Source: Candidatus Korarchaeum cryptofilum OPF8 (lineage in GTDB: Archaea > Korarchaeota > Korarchaeia > Korarchaeales > Korarchaeaceae). Taken from it: 32,000 bases of DNA. The stretch covers positions 1,500,001 to 1,532,000 of the forward strand of contig NC_010482.1 of assembly GCF_000019605.1 (NCBI RefSeq), given 5' to 3'. Below the pieces are notes generated by a model. It ran no database searches. It had not been told where the DNA came from and worked only from the letters and a program-made list of their open reading frames with translations. Of the stretch, positions 22,891-28,814 are shown one piece after another (position 1 is the first letter of the stretch; each line of letters begins with the position of its first letter). The position numbers and the translations under genes are program-made.

Positions 22891-25272
22891 ATGCTGAGGA
22901 AGTCATCCCTCCTCTTGATAATACTCCTGCTGAGCTCATGCGCTTCGATGGGCCAGGACTCGAGGGGCATTATAGAGAGAGCTGTAGAGGAACCGATGAA
23001 GAGTGTCTCGAGCGTCCCGGATTTCAAATCGATAAGCGAGGTGCCCAGGGGGAGCTACGGTTACGTAAATGGTGTGCTCTATGTGGATAAGAGCGGCTTC
23101 ACTTTCGGGGCCATACCGGATCTCGAGTTCAACATATACGCTGCCCTGATACTGGGGGAGGCACTGCAAGCTTATAACTTCGCCTCCCTGAACCCCAGTT
23201 CCGTCTCTAACGCTAGAGCTAGGCTATCCTCCATAGCTAGCTGGCTCTCCCAACAGGCCATAGATGGGCTGTGGGGCTCCGACATAAGCGGGAAGCTAGC
23301 AGATGTCTACTTCAGCTCACTCGCGATAAGGGCTATCTCCCTAGCTATAAGCTCGGGCTCACTGCCCAAGGATAAGTTGAGCTCGTTATCCAGCTCAGTA
23401 TCTAGAATGATAAGCCTCCAGGATGAGGGAGGTGGATGGGGGAGGATACCTCAAGCCGATGTATTCCAGATGAAGCAACCAACTCCCTCCGTGACCGCAT
23501 CAGTCCTTAAGGCGTTACTCTCAGCTAGGGAAGCTGGTCTCAGGGTACCGGATTCCAGCATAAATAAGGCGCTGAATTACCTAGCCGCTACAGCGAGCAG
23601 ATCCGGGAACATGGTCTACTGGGAGGAGAGCGGATCCAAGGCTCTATATGTGACCGGTGAAGTTGGTGACGCTATAGCTGAGGCTCTATATCAGGGGTAC
23701 AGTTTCGATGAGTCCATGATAAGGGGGCTGATAAACTATCTGGATGCGAGCGTTAGGCAATCTTACTCAGCTGGGACTTACGATTTCATGACAGCATCAG
23801 CTCTCAACGTCCTATCGAAGCTCTCCTCACTGGGCTACTTGGAGACGGATAAGCTAGTATCCAATTACGGTGCTATAATGGTCGATCTGGCGAATACTAT
23901 AAGGCCAGATGGTCTCTTCACGGACTTCCCCTACATATGGCTCAGGTACTCCTACACTTATCCTTACGTAGCTGTCTTCACTAACTGGCTCAGGATAACT
24001 TCAGTATCATCAAACGCTTACTTCGTAGGGGGATACGGTGATTATCAACCCACAGTATTGGTTGAGGGGACATCACTGAACCTCAAGGTGAGCGTATCAA
24101 ATAAGATATCGAAGCCCCTCTCCCTAATAATGAGCGTGAGAGCCGGGCCACCGGCTTCCATCTCAGGAAGCTCAGAGGCGAAGTTCACGCTGGAAGCTGG
24201 GAAGGATAGGGAGTTCACATTCAAGATAAATGCCCCGGATGGCCTTCCCTCACCCCAGAACGTGAGCGTCTCGATACTCCTGAGGGAAGCTAATTCCAGC
24301 AAGCCGATATTCGCGAAATCCCTGCCCTTGAGGCTCCTGAGAAATTCCGTGCTAAACTTGGAGTCTAAGGTAGCTTCCCCGATATCATCCCAGCTCAGGA
24401 AACCTGTCAACATAACTTTAACTTTCTCGAACAGGGGGGATCTACCTATAACTGACCTGACATTCGTCGAGAAGCTCTCCTCAGGCTTCGAGCTCGTCAC
24501 CACATTCCCAGGCAACGGTACAGCTTTAGTCACATCTACGAACAGTTTAGGTAGCTATGTGATGCCTCAACCACTGGCTCCTGGCTCTAAAATGACTCTA
24601 GTCTATCAAGTCACTCCAGTCGATGCTCCACCGGGACCCCAGACAGTATCTACTACTTTCATAACTTATACGGATGCTAGGGGGGAGAGGCACAACTTGA
24701 GCAAGGATGTCAAGATAACGGTGCTCAGGCCATACTTACTGATATCATCGAACGTATCTTCCCTGAAGATGGAGTGGGATGAGGAGAAAATGATATTGAT
24801 AGCTCTATCTAACGTGGGGAATGAGGACGCCACCGAGGTGAGCTTAAAGATGGCATCTGGGGAGGGGCTCTCGCTGAACTTGAGTATGATACCGAAGGAA
24901 GTGATGTACAGACCTAACCCGGATGGCTCCCTCCTCCTGAGGATAGATAAGGTAGCTTCAGGCACCACTATAACGATACCGGTGAGGGTGAAGGCGACTA
25001 ACTTCTACCCATCTCCAGAACTCGGGACCTTCTTGAGCGTCAGCTATGAGTACAAGGACTCGATAGGGAGGACTATGCCCGGCTACTCCGGATCCAATAT
25101 AGTTAAGGTGACTCTCTCAGTCTCCAAGACCTTCCTATACATAGTATCAGCGCTAATAATAGTTTTAGCTGTTCTAATAGCTATAAGGATAAAGAACAGG
25201 GTTAAGAGCACTAGGAGGAGCCCTCTCCTAATTGAGAGGAGGAAGAGGGGGAGGATACCCTTTGAGAGTTGA
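22891..25272 (+). CDS. Cell-surface protein: lipobox-like signal peptide + alpha/alpha-toroid (prenyltransferase/terpene-cyclase-like) domain + CARDB/COG1361-like Ig repeats + C-terminal TM anchor (793 aa)
   Basis: The N-terminus LLLIILLLSSCASMG is LSSC lipobox-like. Repeated helical hairpins with QDEGGGWGR and DGLWG are typical of prenyltransferase-like repeats. Repeat modules such as VNITLTFSNRGDLPITDLTFVEKL and ILIALSNVGNEDATEVSLKM are CARDB-like. The C-terminus has the TM helix FLYIVSALIIVLAVLIAI followed by a basic tail RIKNRVKSTRRS...RRKRGR. Many N-x-S/T sequons. Confidence 0.78.
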   Translation: MLRKSSLLLIILLLSSCASMGQDSRGIIERAVEEPMKSVSSVPDFKSISEVPRGSYGYVNGVLYVDKSGFTFGAIPDLEFNIYAALILGEALQAYNFASLNPSSVSNARARLSSIASWLSQQAIDGLWGSDISGKLADVYFSSLAIRAISLAISSGSLPKDKLSSLSSSVSRMISLQDEGGGWGRIPQADVFQMKQPTPSVTASVLKALLSAREAGLRVPDSSINKALNYLAATASRSGNMVYWEESGSKALYVTGEVGDAIAEALYQGYSFDESMIRGLINYLDASVRQSYSAGTYDFMTASALNVLSKLSSLGYLETDKLVSNYGAIMVDLANTIRPDGLFTDFPYIWLRYSYTYPYVAVFTNWLRITSVSSNAYFVGGYGDYQPTVLVEGTSLNLKVSVSNKISKPLSLIMSVRAGPPASISGSSEAKFTLEAGKDREFTFKINAPDGLPSPQNVSVSILLREANSSKPIFAKSLPLRLLRNSVLNLESKVASPISSQLRKPVNITLTFSNRGDLPITDLTFVEKLSSGFELVTTFPGNGTALVTSTNSLGSYVMPQPLAPGSKMTLVYQVTPVDAPPGPQTVSTTFITYTDARGERHNLSKDVKITVLRPYLLISSNVSSLKMEWDEEKMILIALSNVGNEDATEVSLKMASGEGLSLNLSMIPKEVMYRPNPDGSLLLRIDKVASGTTITIPVRVKATNFYPSPELGTFLSVSYEYKDSIGRTMPGYSGSNIVKVTLSVSKTFLYIVSALIIVLAVLIAIRIKNRVKSTRRSPLLIERRKRGRIPFES

Positions 25273-25843
25273 GTACTTACTGGTAGCTATACTGATAGTG
25301 GTCATAGCTGCAGCTACTTACCTGCTGATAGGGATGCCCAAGCATGAGGAGAGGCCGAAGGGGAGCTGGAACGTCACCATAGCTTATCCGGCTGGGCAGT
25401 CATCGGGAGGCATAGCCCTATCATCTTACTCGATAACGCTGACCCTGAGCTTCTTCTCTGGCGGCAAGATAAATGAGACCAATATAGCTGTCGGATCCCT
25501 GGGCACCGTTAAGGAGGGGAACGTGACCATAGTATTGAGGATATCGAATGAGACGAGCATCAGAATATTCTCAAGTAACTCCACTGTAGTAGTTCAGGGG
25601 AAGGATCAGGACGGCCTCTTCGCAGCGACCGATAGGCTCATTCTAGCGATAGCTGGCGATTATGCCCTCGATCTAGATAGCAGCAGGAATTACCTCCTAG
25701 TCGTGAGGCCCTCAGACGGCAAGAGGGTTGGGTTGCAATGGCTAGGGGGCTACAGCATTCAGCAAGTGAAGAGAGTCCCTATATACGTCCATGGTGGTCA
25801 GGTGAACCTCATGCAATTCCTATTAGGCCCATTCTCACCATAG
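25262..25843 (+). CDS. Small N-terminally anchored membrane/extracellular protein, unknown function (~193 aa)
   Basis: The N-terminus (M)RVEYLLVAILIVVIAAATYLLIG is a TM or class-III-signal-like helix. It is followed by a beta-rich region carrying NVT, NET and NST sequons. I prefer in-frame TTG 25262 (11-nt overlap with the upstream gene) over the 25232 start, whose Gly/Arg extension lies inside the upstream ORF. Confidence 0.55.
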   Translation: MRVEYLLVAILIVVIAAATYLLIGMPKHEERPKGSWNVTIAYPAGQSSGGIALSSYSITLTLSFFSGGKINETNIAVGSLGTVKEGNVTIVLRISNETSIRIFSSNSTVVVQGKDQDGLFAATDRLILAIAGDYALDLDSSRNYLLVVRPSDGKRVGLQWLGGYSIQQVKRVPIYVHGGQVNLMQFLLGPFSP

Positions 25844-25844
25844 A

Positions 25845-25906
25845 TGATCTTTTCCCTTTTTGAATAAAAATGGAAGTTATCATCTCAGACTGATGGGGAA
25901 AGATCA
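25845..25906 (+). terminator. 12-bp inverted repeat (TGATCTTTTCCC / GGGGAAAGATCA, one G-U) flanking a T5 run; candidate terminator or structured element after the surface operon
   Basis: Arms at 25845-25856 and 25895-25906, read directly. TTTTT at 25857-25861 follows the stop codon at 25841-43. Confidence 0.3.
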
Positions 25907-26110
25907 GTTACTTCAATAATGAAGCTCAGGATGGGGGTCTTTTGGACCAGCAAGTCTATCAAATTCAGGGACTCTGGATTATAAATCATATCTCGCACAC
26001 TCGGATGAGCTCCTCAGAATGGAGTCCAAATAATCGGCATGGCTTTAAGGAAAAGAAGTACAATAAGTATGGAAATTTATGGGGAATGGAATAAGCCATT
26101 TGATTGAAAA

Positions 26111-26185
26111 CGGGCCCGGAGGGACTTGAACCCTCGGCCTGCGGCTTAGAAGGCCGCCGCTCTATCCTTGCTGAGCTACGGGCCC
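26111..26185 (-). tRNA. tRNA-Arg (anticodon UCU), 75 nt, no intron, no encoded CCA
   Basis: Manual fold of the minus strand: GGGCCCG-TA-GCTC-AGCAAGGATA-GAGC-G-GCGGC-CTTCTAA-GCCGC-AGGCC-GAGGG-TTCAAGT-CCCTC-CGGGCCC-G. All four stems are perfect. TTTT follows immediately 3'. A TATA-like TTTATTAA is centred about 30 nt upstream. Confidence 0.93.
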
Positions 26186-26211
26186 AACTACGCTCATTGC
26201 CGAAATCATAA

Positions 26212-26219
26212 TTAATAAA
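26212..26219 (-). promoter_or_regulatory. Candidate TATA box (minus strand TTTATTAA) for tRNA-Arg
   Basis: Position relative to the mature tRNA 5' end at 26185. Confidence 0.45.
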
Positions 26220-26230
26220 GGTGATCCCAT

Positions 26231-28426
26231 GTGACCCCGATGGGGATGAAGCTCAAGTTAATAACCTTAATCATGGTATGCATCCTCTCGATCCCCAGCC
26301 TCCCTAATGCATCAGCTCAGGGAGTTAAGTACGATTGGCTGGGGCTGACGATGAAAGAGGGAACAATAGACCTTCCCGGGGGCTATAAGCTTCAAGCTAA
26401 GATAGATTTCATAGGAGGAGTCGCAGCTTATGCTGTCAAGGCTCAGGTCTACAAGGGGAGCATGGACAATCCATGCTTGACGGGAGGAGGAGCCTGGGCT
26501 TACATGGAGGGCGGGGGCACGCTACCGACGAGAACTGAGATAGTCGTTAAGGAGAACTGCCCATTCGATAAGGGGGGGAATATACTCTATAGGATCATAA
26601 TAAAGGGTGATGAGAGCAGTAAGGAGAATAAGACGATAGCATTCGATATAATAGATTCCATATATTCTCCAGATGCTAATCTCACGCTCAACATAGGGTT
26701 CCCGAAGTCTAAGGAGTATGATGCAGCCAGCTCTCAAGTGATCATCCCTGTGACGCTGAGGAACGATGGTCCCGCGTCTATAAGCTGGGTGAAGGCCCTA
26801 GTGACTTGGGGAAGGCTGGAGGGGGAGGGCTCGATAAACTTAACGCAGTCCGTCCCGAGCCCCTCATATTCTACATCGAGCAGCGCCAACTACACATTCG
26901 GAGGCCTGGATGTCAATAAATCCTACAGCATGAGCCTCACATTCGCCGCTGGACCAGGCCAGTACAAGTATGGGAACTACAGCGTCAACTTCCTAGTCTA
27001 TTACGGGACCAAGTTCAGGTATGAGGGGTTCAATGCCACTAGGAATGTGAAGATATTCAGGTACGATCCATCAGCATCTAAGGTCGTCAGCGATAGCGTC
27101 AAGCTAGTCTTCGGCTTGAAGTACAAGGGGAGGGTGGGGAATCCGTTAGTGAGCGTGATAGCTGAGAGGCCCACGGGGGATATGGAGGTGGATGAAGGTG
27201 CTCCCATATCATTCAGCTTCTACCTCCAGAACACCGGGGCCGATTCAGCATATAACGTCACGATAAGGGTTAACGTTAATCCGGATCTGCCCACTGAGAT
27301 AACGGCCCCGTCCTCGGTCGCGGGGAGGTCGTTCCCGATAGTGGTCACGGGGGAGATGCCGCCCAAAGCTAGGAGCGACAAGGTGGAGTTCAGGATAGTC
27401 GTGCCCAAGGGATCCGGAGGCACTATATACAGAGTCAATATAACGGCGGGTTACTTCGACATAAGGAATAAATACTACGAGGCTACTAGGTTCTTCACGA
27501 TAACCGTTAGGCAGCCGGGCATATCGAAGCTCTACGTTACAAAGACTATATCCTCCTCCACAGTGCCCGTCAACGGCACTATAGAGGTTAACGTTATAGT
27601 CAGCAATAACGGTACCGCGGCCGCCAGTAAAGTGACTATAGAGGACGATTTCCCGAGGGACTTATTCAAGTTGGTCTCTGGGGATACGAAACTCACGGCG
27701 AGCAGCTTGTCCCCTGGAGGAGTTCTAGCTCTATCTTACAAGCTTAGAGCAGTTAGGGATGGAATAGCGACATTCGGGTCAGCTAAGGTGACTTACATAG
27801 ATCCCCAAGAGGGTCAGAAGACCATATTATCTTCGATGAAGTCCCCAGTCGTTGTGACGATAGTTAAGCCGGAGCTCTCAGTGAGGATCGAGGACATACC
27901 CCCTAACGTGACGAACGTGAACTCCCTGATCCAATTCTCAATATACATGATGAACAAGGGGAATGGAGATGCTAAGAAGCTGAGCGTTGAGATGGAATTC
28001 AGCCCGGGCCTCTATATGGTCAACCCCCCGACTTTGGATAAGGGAGAAGGTGTGGTTTGCGATCAGCCGACATGGGAGCCCAGGGAAGGATCCGTGAAGC
28101 TGGTCCTGAGCTGCGATACCGTGAAACCTCAGGGCTTCGTCAAGATGATACTGAACCTGAAGACCCAGACGACCGGGAAGCAGTGGATAAGGGTGAACAG
28201 CATATCCTACCTAACTCCTGACGGCTCCTCGCAAATAAGCGTACCGGCAGCATACAGCTACAGCACTGTAGTCGTCACTCCGTTCGAAACTAGAGTGTTC
28301 TACTTATCGATATTCACGTTCTCCGTCCTCTTAGTGGCTATGTTCGTCATAGGAGTTACTAGGGGATTCAGCATAAGCTTGGGCAGGAGGATGGGGAGAA
28401 GGAGGGTAGGTGGCTTCGAGGGCTAA
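26231..28426 (+). CDS. Cell-surface protein with signal peptide, four or more CARDB/COG1361 (S-layer-domain)-like repeats and a C-terminal TM anchor (731 aa)
   Basis: Signal peptide MKLKLITLIMVCILSIPSLPNASAQG. Repeat signatures VTLRNDGPASISWVKALV, FYLQNTGADSAYNVTIRVNVNP, VIVSNNGTAAASKVTIEDDFP and IYMMNKGNGDAKKLSVEMEFSPG. The C-terminal TM helix VFYLSIFTFSVLLVAMFVIGV is followed by an RRMGRRRV tail. Dense N-x-S/T sequons. GTG 26231 lies 6 nt after GGTGATCC; alternative ATGs at 26240 and 26246. Confidence 0.8.
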   Translation: MTPMGMKLKLITLIMVCILSIPSLPNASAQGVKYDWLGLTMKEGTIDLPGGYKLQAKIDFIGGVAAYAVKAQVYKGSMDNPCLTGGGAWAYMEGGGTLPTRTEIVVKENCPFDKGGNILYRIIIKGDESSKENKTIAFDIIDSIYSPDANLTLNIGFPKSKEYDAASSQVIIPVTLRNDGPASISWVKALVTWGRLEGEGSINLTQSVPSPSYSTSSSANYTFGGLDVNKSYSMSLTFAAGPGQYKYGNYSVNFLVYYGTKFRYEGFNATRNVKIFRYDPSASKVVSDSVKLVFGLKYKGRVGNPLVSVIAERPTGDMEVDEGAPISFSFYLQNTGADSAYNVTIRVNVNPDLPTEITAPSSVAGRSFPIVVTGEMPPKARSDKVEFRIVVPKGSGGTIYRVNITAGYFDIRNKYYEATRFFTITVRQPGISKLYVTKTISSSTVPVNGTIEVNVIVSNNGTAAASKVTIEDDFPRDLFKLVSGDTKLTASSLSPGGVLALSYKLRAVRDGIATFGSAKVTYIDPQEGQKTILSSMKSPVVVTIVKPELSVRIEDIPPNVTNVNSLIQFSIYMMNKGNGDAKKLSVEMEFSPGLYMVNPPTLDKGEGVVCDQPTWEPREGSVKLVLSCDTVKPQGFVKMILNLKTQTTGKQWIRVNSISYLTPDGSSQISVPAAYSYSTVVVTPFETRVFYLSIFTFSVLLVAMFVIGVTRGFSISLGRRMGRRRVGGFEG

Positions 28427-28436
28427 CTTTAAAATA
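28427..28436 (+). promoter_or_regulatory. Candidate TATA box (CTTTAAAATA) for the P1/L12 gene
   Basis: Begins 1 nt after the upstream stop codon and lies about 35-40 nt before ATG 28469/28475. Confidence 0.4.
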
Positions 28437-28468
28437 GTGTGGCAATGTGGTTGGGTGGGGTGAACGCC

Positions 28469-28780
28469 ATGGGAATGGAGTACATATATGCTGCGTTGAT
28501 GCTGCATGAACTCAAGAGGAAGGTCGAGGCTAGCGATTTAGAGCAGGTCCTCAGAGCTGCGGGGGCTGAGCCCGATCAGGCTAGGATAAAGCAGTTAGTG
28601 AGCGCTATATCCAACGTCAACTTGGATGAGCTGATAAGCCAGGCTGCTGTGATGCCGGTGGCTCCAGCGGCAGCACCTGCTGAGAAGAAAGTGGAGGAGA
28701 AGAAGGAGGAAAAGAAGAAGGAAGAGGGGAAGGAGGAGGAAGAGGCCGCTCTCGCTGGCTTAGGCGCTCTATTCGGCTGA
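28469..28780 (+). CDS. rpl12: Ribosomal stalk protein P1 (archaeal L12/L12e)
   Basis: [54 protein letters not shown], then an Ala/Pro hinge, a Lys/Glu-rich region and the conserved C-terminal LAGLGALFG. The start is ATG 28469 (5 nt after GGTGA) or ATG 28475. Confidence 0.93.
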   Translation: MGMEYIYAALMLHELKRKVEASDLEQVLRAAGAEPDQARIKQLVSAISNVNLDELISQAAVMPVAPAAAPAEKKVEEKKEEKKKEEGKEEEEAALAGLGALFG

Positions 28781-28783
28781 AAC

Positions 28784-28796
28784 TTTTTTAAATTTT
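28784..28796 (+). promoter_or_regulatory. TTTTTTAAATTTT: oligo-T terminator for rpl12 and TATA box for leaderless alaS
   Basis: T6 run 4 nt after the rpl12 stop. The AT box is centred about 25 nt upstream of ATG 28815. Confidence 0.45.
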
Positions 28797-28814
28797 GAAT
28801 CCATTCTGATTTAT

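Noticed and set aside
22818-23027. 69-aa minus-strand ORF spanning the promoter and 5' end of the 793-aa surface-protein gene.
   Set aside because: It overlaps the TATA box and signal-peptide region of a well-supported gene. It has no SD or TATA of its own and no recognisable domain, so it is probably spurious.
25232-25261. Upstream extension MRGGRGGGYP of the small membrane protein, as given by the ORF track.
   Set aside because: It lies wholly inside the 3' end of the 793-aa gene and is Gly/Arg low complexity. The in-frame TTG 25262 gives a conventional N-terminus directly before the TM helix.
26111-26185. The tRNA-Arg as the attachment site of an integrated element that delivered the surface genes.
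   Set aside because: The window contains no integrase or recombinase, no partial direct repeat of the tRNA 3' half that I could spot, and no obvious phage or plasmid genes. I kept only a low-interest note on the spacer.
26229-26234. Minimal start-stop ORF ATG-TGA right after the perfect SD GGTGATCC, overlapping the GTG start of the 731-aa gene.
   Set aside because: It can be explained as coincidence, because the GTG at 26231 (atGTGa) has the better SD spacing and opens the long ORF. Nothing supports a regulatory start-stop element without profiling data.
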